A DNA stretch of 19,016 nt, taken from the NCBI GenBank assembly GCA_038213805.1, contig JBBQSO010000096.1:1-19016 (forward strand), in the 5' to 3' direction. The notes below the pieces were generated by a model. That model was not told the DNA's origin, did no database searches, and saw only the letters and a program-made list of their open reading frames with translations. Made by a program: the position numbers and the translations under genes. Below, piece by piece: positions 1 to 9,788 of the stretch (its first letter is position 1; each line of letters begins with the position of its first letter). The DNA comes from Planctomycetota bacterium. GTDB taxonomy: Bacteria; Planctomycetota; UBA11346.

Positions 1-1018
1 TGATGTCGGTCTGCACCAGACCGGCGACCGCGCCCCACACCGCAGTGGCGCAGCCCACCACCAGCACCCACTGCAGCGGGGTGAGGCCGAGGACGGTCAC
101 GGTGGCGTGCGCGTAGAGGTCGGAGAGGCGCGCGAGCAGGTCGACGCCCGAGGTCACCATGGTCGCGGCGTGGAGCAGCGCCGACACCGGCGTCGGGCCG
201 GCCATCGCATCGGGCAGCCAGGTGACCAGCGGGATCTGCGCGCTCTTGCCGGTGCAGCCGAAGAAGATCAGCAGCGCCGCGGCGCTGATCAGGCCGCCCT
301 GGGCGGCGATCGAGGCGACGCGGCCGCTGGTGCCATCCTGGAACCACACCGCGATGTCGCGGTAGTTCAGGCTGCCGTGGCCGTCGCTGTTGAGGACCAT
401 GAACAGCGCGAAGGCACCGAGCAGGAAGCCGAGGTCGCCGATGCGGTTGACCACGAAGGCCTTGCGCGCGGCATCGTTGTACTCGTTGTTGGTGCTCCAG
501 AAGCCGATCAGCAGGTACGAGCACAGGCCAACCCCCTCCCAACCCAGGAAGGTCGCGGGCAGGCTGTCGCCGATGACCAGGGTGATCATCGAGAACATGA
601 ACAGGTTGAGGTAGGTCATGAAGCGCGCGAAACCGCGGTCGCTCCACATGTAACCGATCGAATAGACGTGGATGAGCGTGCCGATGCCGGTGACGAACAG
701 CAGCATCATGCTGGTCAGGCGGTCAAACAGCAGCCCGAGCGTCAAATTGAAATTGAAAGTGCCGGTCGATACGCCGAACCACTGCCAGAGATCCTGGGTA
801 AGCGCGACATTGCCGCCCTGCAGCTGGTTGAGGCGGATGGTCGCGACCACGGTCAGCACGAAGCTCAGGCCCGGCATCAGCACCGCGATCATCGAGACGA
901 AGCCGCGGCTCGGCCCGCTCAGGCTGCGCGCCGCGCCAAGGCTCAGCATGCCGTTGATGAGCGCCCCGAGCAGGGGCAGGAAGGGGATGAGCCAGAGCAG
1001 CTCGAACGTGGACTTCAC
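1..1018 (-). CDS. nuoL: NADH-quinone oxidoreductase subunit L (5' part; runs off the left edge)
   Basis: Not in the ORF track because it has no stop in the window. Manual translation from GTG at 1018 (AAGGA upstream): MKSTFELLWLIPFLPLLGALING...GWEGVGLCSYLLIGFW...AARKAFVVNRIGDLGF...GKSAQIPLVTWLPDAMAGPTPVSALLHAATMVT...QTDI. These are NuoL/ND5 signatures, and the gene directly follows nuoK. Confidence 0.96.
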   Translation of the reverse strand, partial: MKSTFELLWLIPFLPLLGALINGMLSLGAARSLSGPSRGFVSMIAVLMPGLSFVLTVVATIRLNQLQGGNVALTQDLWQWFGVSTGTFNFNLTLGLLFDRLTSMMLLFVTGIGTLIHVYSIGYMWSDRGFARFMTYLNLFMFSMITLVIGDSLPATFLGWEGVGLCSYLLIGFWSTNNEYNDAARKAFVVNRIGDLGFLLGAFALFMVLNSDGHGSLNYRDIAVWFQDGTSGRVASIAAQGGLISAAALLIFFGCTGKSAQIPLVTWLPDAMAGPTPVSALLHAATMVTSGVDLLARLSDLYAHATVTVLGLTPLQWVLVVGCATAVWGAVAGLVQTDI

Positions 1019-1022
1019 CGGC

Positions 1023-1340
1023 TTATTCCTTCATGTCCGCGTAGGCGTCGCTGTCGAGGGTGTCCCGACCGCGGAAGATGCAGATCACCATCGCCAGGCC
1101 GACGCAGGCCTCGGAGGCGGCGATGGCGATGATGAACACCGGGGTCAGCTGCCCGGCGATCGAGGCCTCGCCGGCGAAGGTGCGGCTGAAGCCCAGGAAG
1201 CTGAGATTGACCGCGTTGAGCATCAGCTCGACGCCCATCAGCAGCAGGAAGAGGTTGCGGCGCGCCAGCACCACGGCAATGCCGAGCGCGAACAGCACCG
1301 CGGCCAGGGTCTGGACCTGGAAGGGTTCGATGTGGTTCAT
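1023..1340 (-). CDS. nuoK: NADH-quinone oxidoreductase subunit K
   Basis: 105 aa with three hydrophobic segments and the motifs RRNL, GVELMLNAVNL and AASEACVGLA (both conserved membrane Glu). Start overlaps the nuoJ stop (TGATG). Confidence 0.96.
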   Translation of the reverse strand: MNHIEPFQVQTLAAVLFALGIAVVLARRNLFLLLMGVELMLNAVNLSFLGFSRTFAGEASIAGQLTPVFIIAIAASEACVGLAMVICIFRGRDTLDSDAYADMKE

Positions 1341-1903
1341 CAGTGGTGCTCCTCGGCCGGGATCTCAGGCGGGGGGCTGTCGAGGTTGCGCTTGGCCAGC
1401 ACCAACGCACCCACCACCGCGGCGAGCAGCAGCACGCCGATCAGCTCGAAGAGCAGGTAATAGCCGGGACCCGCGCGCGAGAAATCGAACATGGTGGCTG
1501 CCATGGTCGCGACCTCGCCGCGCACCGCGCCCGCCGCCACCGGGGTGCGTTCCCCGACCGCGCCGACCAGGGCCGCGCCGAGCGCCACCGGCAGGGCGAG
1601 CGAGACCAGCGAGAACCAGTCGAAGAACGGGATCTGGTGATCCTTGGCCTGGTTGAGCACCATGATCACGAACACCACCAGCATCATGATTGCGCCGGCA
1701 TAGACCAATACCTGGAGCACCGCCAGGAACGGACTGTCGAGCAGCGCGTAGATGCCCGAGAGGCTGACCATCACCCCGATCAGGTAGATGGCGCCGTTGA
1801 GCGGGTGGCGCGCCAGCAGCAGGCCGAGGCCGCATAGCACCGCGATGCCGGCGAACAGCCAGAAGTAGGCCGGGCCGAGGTAGATGTCGAGGGAATGGAG
1901 CAT
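1340..1903 (-). CDS. nuoJ: NADH-quinone oxidoreductase subunit J
   Basis: 187 aa hydrophobic protein with FLAVLQVLVYAGAIMMLVVFVIM and FELIGVLLLAAVVGA (ND6/NuoJ signatures); lies between nuoI and nuoK. Confidence 0.96.
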   Translation of the reverse strand: MLHSLDIYLGPAYFWLFAGIAVLCGLGLLLARHPLNGAIYLIGVMVSLSGIYALLDSPFLAVLQVLVYAGAIMMLVVFVIMVLNQAKDHQIPFFDWFSLVSLALPVALGAALVGAVGERTPVAAGAVRGEVATMAATMFDFSRAGPGYYLLFELIGVLLLAAVVGALVLAKRNLDSPPPEIPAEEHH

Positions 1904-1941
1904 AAGGGTGTCTTGGCTGCGTTGAGGAGGGTGGCCGCGGC

Positions 1942-2517
1942 CTAGTGGTAGGTGCCGGAATGGAATTCCTTGAGCGCTTCCGCGTTCAGGGTGCCGCCGG
2001 GGGCCTTCTGACTCTGCAGGTCATCGGCCGGGTAGTCCTTGGGATTCCAGTCCATCAGCCCGCCCTTGTCGATGATGAAGCCGCGGCGGTCGCCGCCGGA
2101 CAGCACCGCCAGCTTGGTGTCCATGCGGATCGCGTCGCACGGGCAGGCCTCGACGCAGAAGCCGCAGAACACGCACAGCAGCAGGTCGATCTCGAAGCGC
2201 ACCGGGCGCTTCTCGATGTGCTTGTCGGGCGCCTCCTCAGCGATGATGTTGATGCAGCGCGCCGGGCACGCGGTCGAGCACATGAAGCAGGCCACGCAGC
2301 GCGGACTGCCGTCGGGGCGCTTCATCAGGCGGTGGCGCGCGCGGTAGTCGCGCGGCAGGTCCGGCTTGACCTCCGGGTACATGAGGGTCGGGAAGTGGTT
2401 CGGGTCGACCAGGCTCTTGCCCGCATGGCGGATGGTCGTGGCGAGGCCTTTGAAGATCTCGACGAAGTAGATCTTCTCCCAGAAGGTCAGCTCGGGACGG
2501 GGGATGACTTTAGCCAT
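1942..2517 (-). CDS. nuoI: NADH-quinone oxidoreductase subunit I (2x[4Fe-4S])
   Basis: 191 aa; TLMYPE...RARH followed by two ferredoxin motifs, CVACFMCSTACP and CVFCGFCVEACP. Confidence 0.96.
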   Translation of the reverse strand: MAKVIPRPELTFWEKIYFVEIFKGLATTIRHAGKSLVDPNHFPTLMYPEVKPDLPRDYRARHRLMKRPDGSPRCVACFMCSTACPARCINIIAEEAPDKHIEKRPVRFEIDLLLCVFCGFCVEACPCDAIRMDTKLAVLSGGDRRGFIIDKGGLMDWNPKDYPADDLQSQKAPGGTLNAEALKEFHSGTYH

Positions 2518-2562
2518 CGGCAGGCTCCAGACGCACGACGAGGATGGGGCTGCAAGGACGCA

Positions 2563-3966
2563 TCACTTCACCAGCTTGGCGATCAGCGCCGTGATGAGCA
2601 GGTTGACCAGGGCGATGTTGAGCATGACCTTCCAGCCCAGCGCCATGATCTGGTCGTAGCGGAAGCGCGGCAGCGTCCAGCGCACCCAGATGAACAGCCA
2701 GGCCACCGCCAGGGTCTTGCCGATCACCACGTTGAGCTGCACCGCCGCGGTAACGATGCCAACCCACAGCGGGTAGACCGGGTGGGCATCGACCACCATC
2801 GCGCCGACCGGCTCGGTATGCACCAGCGCGGCCACGGCCATGCCGGCGAACATCAGGACGATGCCGAGGAACAGGAAGACGCTGACGTAGACGCCGTACT
2901 CCTTGAGGCGCAGGTCGCGGTCGCTGGCGTCGAGCTTGGCGTAGTGCTTGCGGCGGCCCGAGACCAGGTGCGCGAAGCCAAGCAGGCCGAAGCCGGTGAT
3001 CACCAGCATGCCGCCGGCGACCAGCCCGAGGTTGGCCTGCAGCCAGGCGGTGTCGAGGTGCAGCCACGGCTTGTCCAGCCCGCCCACCGGCAGGGCGAAC
3101 GGCACTAGGTCGTAGCCGCCCAGGTAGAGCGTCGCGATCAGCGCCGAGGCGACCAGCACGTGCAGGTATTCCGCGGTCATGAAGCACATGAACTTGGTCG
3201 AGCCGTATTCGGTGTGGAAGCCGGCGACCAGCTCCGACTCGCCCTCGGCGACATCGAAGGGGTTGCGGTTGCACTCCGCGAACATCGAGACCAGGAAGAG
3301 CAGGAAGCCGACCGGCTGGACGACGATGCCCCAGGTGTGGTGCGCCTGCCACTCGACAATGTTGGTCAGGCTCAGGTCGCCGACGATGAGCAGCAGGCCG
3401 AGCACCGACAGGCCCATGCTGACCTCGTACGAGATCATCATCGCCGAGGCGCGCATGCCGCCGAGCAGGGCATACTTCGAGTTCGACGCCCAGCTGCCCA
3501 GCACCACGCCGTAGACCGACAGCGAGCCGATCGCGAACAGCACCAGCAGTCCGGCGTTGGCGTCGAAGATCTGGCCGGAGACCGTCACCGGGCCGTTGGC
3601 GCCGGCCCAGGTCATGGGCGCGAACCACGGCAGCACGGACGGCGTCATCAGGCCGGTGATCACCGGGATCGCGGGCGCGAGGATGTAGAACCACTTGTGC
3701 GCGAACGGCGGGGTGAAGTTCTCCTTGAAGAGCAGCTTCACCAGGTCGCAGGCGTTGTAGATCATGCCGAACGCACGCAGGCGGCCGATGATCGGCAGCG
3801 GGATGTACGCGCGGTGCGGGCCGATGCGGTCCTGGATGAAGGCGGCGCCGCGGCGCTCGGCCAGCACCAGCAGGGGCAGCAACTGGAAGAGCAGCGCGAC
3901 GATCAGCACCGGCTTGAGCACGGTGATGATGACGTCGAGGTTGCCGTAGAGGAAGTCCACGTTCAC
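2563..3966 (-). CDS. nuoH: NADH-quinone oxidoreductase subunit H (467 aa, with internal insert)
   Basis: ERRGAAFIQDRIGP, WASNSKYALLGGMRA, ISYEV, AECNRNPFDVAEGESELVAGFHTEY and WVRWTLPRFRYDQIMALGWK. Start placed at GTG 3966, which overlaps the nuoG stop (GTGA); the ORF-track start at 4077 lies inside nuoG. Confidence 0.95.
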   Translation of the reverse strand: MNVDFLYGNLDVIITVLKPVLIVALLFQLLPLLVLAERRGAAFIQDRIGPHRAYIPLPIIGRLRAFGMIYNACDLVKLLFKENFTPPFAHKWFYILAPAIPVITGLMTPSVLPWFAPMTWAGANGPVTVSGQIFDANAGLLVLFAIGSLSVYGVVLGSWASNSKYALLGGMRASAMMISYEVSMGLSVLGLLLIVGDLSLTNIVEWQAHHTWGIVVQPVGFLLFLVSMFAECNRNPFDVAEGESELVAGFHTEYGSTKFMCFMTAEYLHVLVASALIATLYLGGYDLVPFALPVGGLDKPWLHLDTAWLQANLGLVAGGMLVITGFGLLGFAHLVSGRRKHYAKLDASDRDLRLKEYGVYVSVFLFLGIVLMFAGMAVAALVHTEPVGAMVVDAHPVYPLWVGIVTAAVQLNVVIGKTLAVAWLFIWVRWTLPRFRYDQIMALGWKVMLNIALVNLLITALIAKLVK

Positions 3967-5612
3967 ACTCCTGCGGCGACCGGCTTGGGCGCCTCGACGA
4001 GCTGGGCGCCCAGAGGGCCGATGGCACGGTAGGTGAGGCCGGCGAACTGCGGCACGCGCGCCACCGCCGCGCGCCATACCTCAATCTCGCTCGACCACGC
4101 GGGGAGCGCGGCGCCGGCCGCGGCGCCGATGGCTCGCAGGGTCAGCCAAGCCGGTTCGAGTTCCGGGTTGGGCACCGCCGGGCAGGCCTGGAGGAGCTGG
4201 ACGCGCCCGTTGCAGTTGACCATCGAGCCGCGCACCTCGGCCCAGGCGCGGATGCCGAGCGCGACCGTAGCCTTGGCCACGGTCGCATCCTGCCAGCTGG
4301 ACAGCACGATGCGGCTGGGGATTGCCTCGAGCTTGGCGGCCTTGGCGGCGTCGGCCTTCCACAGGTCGTTGCCGACCACCACCAGCGCGGCGAACTCGCC
4401 GGCGCGCGCGACCAGGGCGTCGAGGTTGTCGGCGATGCCGAGCAACTGCAGGCCCTTGCGGTTGGCGACCGGGTCGCCGCTCTTGGCGATACCGTCGGCC
4501 TTGCCGACCGGCAGCCACGAGCCACCGAAGACTTCAGCCTGCGCGCCCAGCGCCTCGGCGAGCGCCAGCACCGCGACGTTGTCCTCGGTGGTGAGATGGC
4601 CGCTGGCGACCAGCGCGATCTTCTTGCCCGCGGCCTTGGCCGCGGCGAGCGCCGCTCCTGCGGCGCTGGTGGCCGCGGCGAGGGTCACGTCGACGCCGGC
4701 GTGCTTGCCGTCGGCGAGACGGTCACGGTTCAGATCCTGGTAGAGCATGCGCGTGCTGTTGGCGATCCAGCTCTTGTTGACCGCGGCGTTGCGGCGCGGC
4801 ATCAGGCGCCACACCTGGCCGTTGTTGTACTCGACGGTCAGGTTCGCGCCGAGCGCGTCGCTGGGGTCGATCGACTCGACGCTCTTCAGCATCCACACGC
4901 GCTGCTGGAAGCGGAAGTGCTTCGCGGTGAGCGCGCCCACCGGGCAAATGTCGGTGGTGTTGAGGTCGTACTCGTGGGCCAGCGGGTCGCCAGGGAAGGT
5001 GGTCAGGTAGGCGTGGTCGCCGCGGCCGGCGATCTCGAGCTGCGGCGACTTCGCGACGTCGTCCATGAAGCGCACGCAGCGCGTGCAGATGATGCAGCGC
5101 TCCTGGTCGAGGATGATGGTCGGCCCCAGGTCGATCTTCTTGCCGCCGCGCTCGACGCCCTTGACGTCGGTGAAGCGGTGGTCGGCGCCGCCCTTGTACT
5201 GCTTGCCAACCTCGTCATCCAGGCGGCTCTCGTGCCGGCCCTGGCCCATGTAGTGCTCTTGCAGGGTGCATTCGCCGGCCTTGTCGCAGATCGGGCAGTC
5301 CAGGGGATGGTTGACGAGCAGGAACTCCATCACGCCCTTGCGCACCTTGACGATCTTTTCACTCGACACCTGGGTGCGCACCTTGAGTCCGGGCGCGGTC
5401 TGCAGGTGGCACGAGATGCCCAGCGCCCAGCCGCGCGGGCCTTCGGTCTCGACCAGGCAGATGCGGCAGTTGCCGGCGACCTTGAGATCCTGGTGGTAGC
5501 AGAACGCCGGGGTGTCGGTCGCGGCCTGGTTGCGCAGCGCCTCGATGAGCTGGATGCGCGGCGGGACCTGCACGTCCTTGCCGTCGACGGTGATGGTGAT
5601 GAGGTCGGCCAT
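3963..5612 (-). CDS. nuoG: NADH-quinone oxidoreductase subunit G (short form, 549 aa)
   Basis: N1b motif CYHQDLKVAGNCRIC...C, N5 motif HPLDCPICDKAGECTLQ, N4 motif RCIICTRCVRF...DICPVGAL, then a molybdopterin-oxidoreductase-like region (AEVRGSMVNCNGRVQ). Confidence 0.94.
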   Translation of the reverse strand: MADLITITVDGKDVQVPPRIQLIEALRNQAATDTPAFCYHQDLKVAGNCRICLVETEGPRGWALGISCHLQTAPGLKVRTQVSSEKIVKVRKGVMEFLLVNHPLDCPICDKAGECTLQEHYMGQGRHESRLDDEVGKQYKGGADHRFTDVKGVERGGKKIDLGPTIILDQERCIICTRCVRFMDDVAKSPQLEIAGRGDHAYLTTFPGDPLAHEYDLNTTDICPVGALTAKHFRFQQRVWMLKSVESIDPSDALGANLTVEYNNGQVWRLMPRRNAAVNKSWIANSTRMLYQDLNRDRLADGKHAGVDVTLAAATSAAGAALAAAKAAGKKIALVASGHLTTEDNVAVLALAEALGAQAEVFGGSWLPVGKADGIAKSGDPVANRKGLQLLGIADNLDALVARAGEFAALVVVGNDLWKADAAKAAKLEAIPSRIVLSSWQDATVAKATVALGIRAWAEVRGSMVNCNGRVQLLQACPAVPNPELEPAWLTLRAIGAAAGAALPAWSSEIEVWRAAVARVPQFAGLTYRAIGPLGAQLVEAPKPVAAGV

Positions 5613-5641
5613 ACGTGTTCTCTCGAGACCGCGCGGGCGGT

Positions 5642-6159
5642 CTACTTGGCTCCGGCGGCGGGCTGGGGGGCGGCGGGCGGCAGCGCGGGCGCGGCGGCCT
5701 GCTGCTCCTGCAGGCGGGCGGCAATCTTGGCGCCGAGGGCGGCGCCCCAGGTCTCGCCGGCGGCCATGGTGTCCTTGATGATCAGCGGCTGCGCGGCGAC
5801 GAAGTTACGGCCGCCCGCGGTCTCGTAAAAAGCGATCGCGGCTGCGACGTCGGCGGCGGTGAGGTGCTGCTCGTAGGCCGGCACCGCCATCTCGACGAAG
5901 TCCTTGGGGTCGATCTCCGCCACCACCTGGTCCCAGAAGGACTGCGGGACGTGCGGGGCGCTGACCTTGAAGCTGCCGACCATCTGGGCGACCACCTGCA
6001 GCGCGATCTTGTCGGCACCGGTGAGCAGCAGCAGCTTGCGGATGTCCTCGCGGCGCGCGGGTCCGGACGCGGCCGGCGCCGGCGCCGGCGCCACTGCCGG
6101 CTGCTCCACCACGGCGAAGCCGGACTGCAGCGCGAGACTGAGTACGAGCAGGCGCACCA

Positions 6160-6160
<1 letters not shown>
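5642..6160 (-). CDS. DUF2059-like protein with probable N-terminal signal peptide (172 aa)
   Basis: ATG at 6160 overlaps the nuoF stop (TGATG). N-terminus MVRLLVLSLALQSGFA looks like a signal peptide. The core FWDQ...AVPAYEQHLTAADVAAAIAFYETAGGRNFVAAQPLIIKDTMAAGETWG matches the DUF2059 pattern as I recall it. Ala/Pro linkers flank the core. Confidence 0.8.
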
Positions 6161-7506
<1,346 letters not shown>

Positions 7507-7510
7507 GGCG

Positions 7511-8557
7511 TCAGACCTTCGCCGGGGCGGGAGCGGGAGCCGGAACGGGCGGGGGCGGCGGGTTCTCGCCGGTGGCGGTGACCACCGGGCTGGGCCGCGC
7601 GGCGCGGTCCTTCTCATGGGCGATCACGCGGTAGCTGGCGCTGACGCCGACCGCCAGGGTGTCGACCGCCTTCTGATCCTTGGGACCGGGCGTGGCCAGC
7701 TCGCGCCACGACGCGCCCTGGTCGTCGGAGCGCTCGACCACGACCTTGGAACAGCCACCGTCGTTGATCCAGCTGAGGTTGATGGTCGAACCAACCGCCT
7801 TGGCCGCGACCTTCAGCGCGGGCGGCGCCGGGCTGTATCCGGCCGGCAGGACCTTGCCGGCCGCACCGGTCGCGCCCGGGTGGCCCTTGGTGTTGAGCAC
7901 CGGCTTGCCGATGGCGTCGGCGATGACCGGCTGCTTGCTGGCGCCGGGATTCTTGGCGTGCTCCGCGCGCAGGAAGGCGAGCCACGCGTCGAGAATGGCC
8001 GCGGTCGGGTGGAAGTCGGGGACTTCGAGGTGCGCCTCGCGCAGTTCGCCCTGGCCGAGCGTGTGCGGCACCGGGCCGATCGCCTGGTCGTCGATCATCA
8101 CGCCGGGGCCAGAGCCACACAGCGCCAGGCACTCGACGCGCACCAGGGTGAAGAGCCCGTCCGCGGAGGTGCCGCCGGCGTGCACGCCAAGGGCCTTTTC
8201 CAGATGCGCGATGAGGTCTTCCGAACCCTGCTGGAAGCAGCACATGGTCTGGCAGATCTGGACGAGGTGCTTCCCCGTCGGGACCTGCCGGTACATGGTG
8301 TAGAACTCGGTGACCCCGAAGGCGTGCGCGGGCGACACGCCGCTGACTTCAGCGGCCCACTTGATGCCGGTGCGGGGCACCCAGCCAAACTCCTCCTGGA
8401 CCAGCCACAGCGCCTGCAGCAAGGCGCCGCGCTTGACCGGGTAACGGCGCCACAGTTCCTCGACGCGGGGCTGGTGGCGGGCCATGCGGCCCTGGACCAC
8501 CTCGGGCGTGAGGTCGGCGGGCTGGTGTTCAGCGGGATTGACGGTGCATCCACTCAC
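7511..8557 (-). CDS. nuoE: NADH-quinone oxidoreductase subunit E with C-terminal FN3-like extension (348 aa)
   Basis: RYP...ALLQALWLVQEEFGWV...GVTEFYTMY and N1a ligands CQTMCC...VECLALC. GTG start with AAGGA upstream. About 190 residues follow the second Cys motif, including an FN3-like domain. Confidence 0.93.
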   Translation of the reverse strand: MSGCTVNPAEHQPADLTPEVVQGRMARHQPRVEELWRRYPVKRGALLQALWLVQEEFGWVPRTGIKWAAEVSGVSPAHAFGVTEFYTMYRQVPTGKHLVQICQTMCCFQQGSEDLIAHLEKALGVHAGGTSADGLFTLVRVECLALCGSGPGVMIDDQAIGPVPHTLGQGELREAHLEVPDFHPTAAILDAWLAFLRAEHAKNPGASKQPVIADAIGKPVLNTKGHPGATGAAGKVLPAGYSPAPPALKVAAKAVGSTINLSWINDGGCSKVVVERSDDQGASWRELATPGPKDQKAVDTLAVGVSASYRVIAHEKDRAARPSPVVTATGENPPPPPVPAPAPAPAKV

Positions 8558-8594
8558 GGGGTCGGTCCTTGGACGGGCGGCGCGCAGCGAACGA

Positions 8595-9788
8595 TCATCG
8601 ATCCAGCTCCCCGGCGATGATGTTGATCGAACCGAGCGACGCGGCGACGTCGGCGAGCATGCCGCCCTCGATCATCGCGCCGTACGCGGCGTACTGGGTG
8701 AAGCAGGGCGGCCGCACCTTGATGCGGTAGGGGTTGGTGCCGCCGTCGGAGACGATCAGGAAACCGAGCTCGCCGTTGGCCGCCTCGGTGGCGTCGTAGC
8801 ACTCACCGGCGGGCGGGCGCACGCCCTCGTAGACCAGCTTGAAGCTGTTGATCAGCGCTTCCATGTCGTGGTAGACCTGGTCGCGGCTGGGCAGGCTGAG
8901 GCGCGCGTCGGTGGTGTTGATCGGGCCGGGCTTGAGCTTGCCCAGCGCCTGGCGGCAGATCGACACCGACTCGATCATCTCGTAGATGCGCACCATGATG
9001 CGGTCGAAGGTGTCGCCGGTGGTGCCGATGACGGTGTCGAACTGGTACTGGTCGTAGCCGTAGTACGGCTCGTCCTTGCGCAGGTCGCGATCGACGCCCG
9101 AGGCGCGCAGGCACGGGCCGGTCCAGCCCCAGCTAATCGCGTCTGCAGCACTGACCACGCCGACGTCCCTGGTGCGGTCGATGAAGATCTTGTTCTTCTC
9201 GATCAGGCCGCGCACTTCCTTCACCGCGCTCTCGATCTTGAGCAGCACGCCGGCGACGTCGGACGCGAAGTCCGGGTAGACGTCACGGTACATGCCGCCG
9301 ATACGGGTCACGGTGTTGGTCAGGCGCGCGCCGCAGAGCTTCTCCCAGATCTTGTACACCTCTTCGCGGGTGTTGAAGAAGTACCAGAAGTTGGTCAGGG
9401 CGCCGAGGTCGACAAGGTTGGTGCAGGTGCACACCATGTGGTCGATGATGCGCGAGAGCTCGCTGAGGATGACGCGCACGATGATGCAGCGCTCGGGCAC
9501 CTCGACGCCGAACATCTTCTCGACCGCCTTGCAGAAGCCGATGTTGTTCATCATCGCGCTGCAATAATTGAGGCGGTCGGTGTAGGGCAACACCATCGAG
9601 TAGGTGCCCTGCTCGACCATCTTCTCGAAGCCGCGGTGCAGGTAGCCCATCTCGAGCGCCGAGGCGACAATGGTCTCGCCGTCGAGGGCCGCGAAGATGC
9701 GCAGCGTCCCGTGCGTGGCGGGGTGGCTGGGGCCGACGTTGACCGTCATCAGGTCGAGCGGCTCGCCGGCGGGGGTGAGGACCTTCAT
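8595..9788 (-). CDS. nuoD: NADH-quinone oxidoreductase subunit D
   Basis: 397 aa; NVGPSHPATHGTLR, GYLHRGFEK, YTDRLNY, GWTGPCLRASG, EAANGELG and C-terminal GELDR. No Ni-binding CxxC pairs. Start overlaps the nuoC stop (ATGA). Confidence 0.97.
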   Translation of the reverse strand: MKVLTPAGEPLDLMTVNVGPSHPATHGTLRIFAALDGETIVASALEMGYLHRGFEKMVEQGTYSMVLPYTDRLNYCSAMMNNIGFCKAVEKMFGVEVPERCIIVRVILSELSRIIDHMVCTCTNLVDLGALTNFWYFFNTREEVYKIWEKLCGARLTNTVTRIGGMYRDVYPDFASDVAGVLLKIESAVKEVRGLIEKNKIFIDRTRDVGVVSAADAISWGWTGPCLRASGVDRDLRKDEPYYGYDQYQFDTVIGTTGDTFDRIMVRIYEMIESVSICRQALGKLKPGPINTTDARLSLPSRDQVYHDMEALINSFKLVYEGVRPPAGECYDATEAANGELGFLIVSDGGTNPYRIKVRPPCFTQYAAYGAMIEGGMLADVAASLGSINIIAGELDR

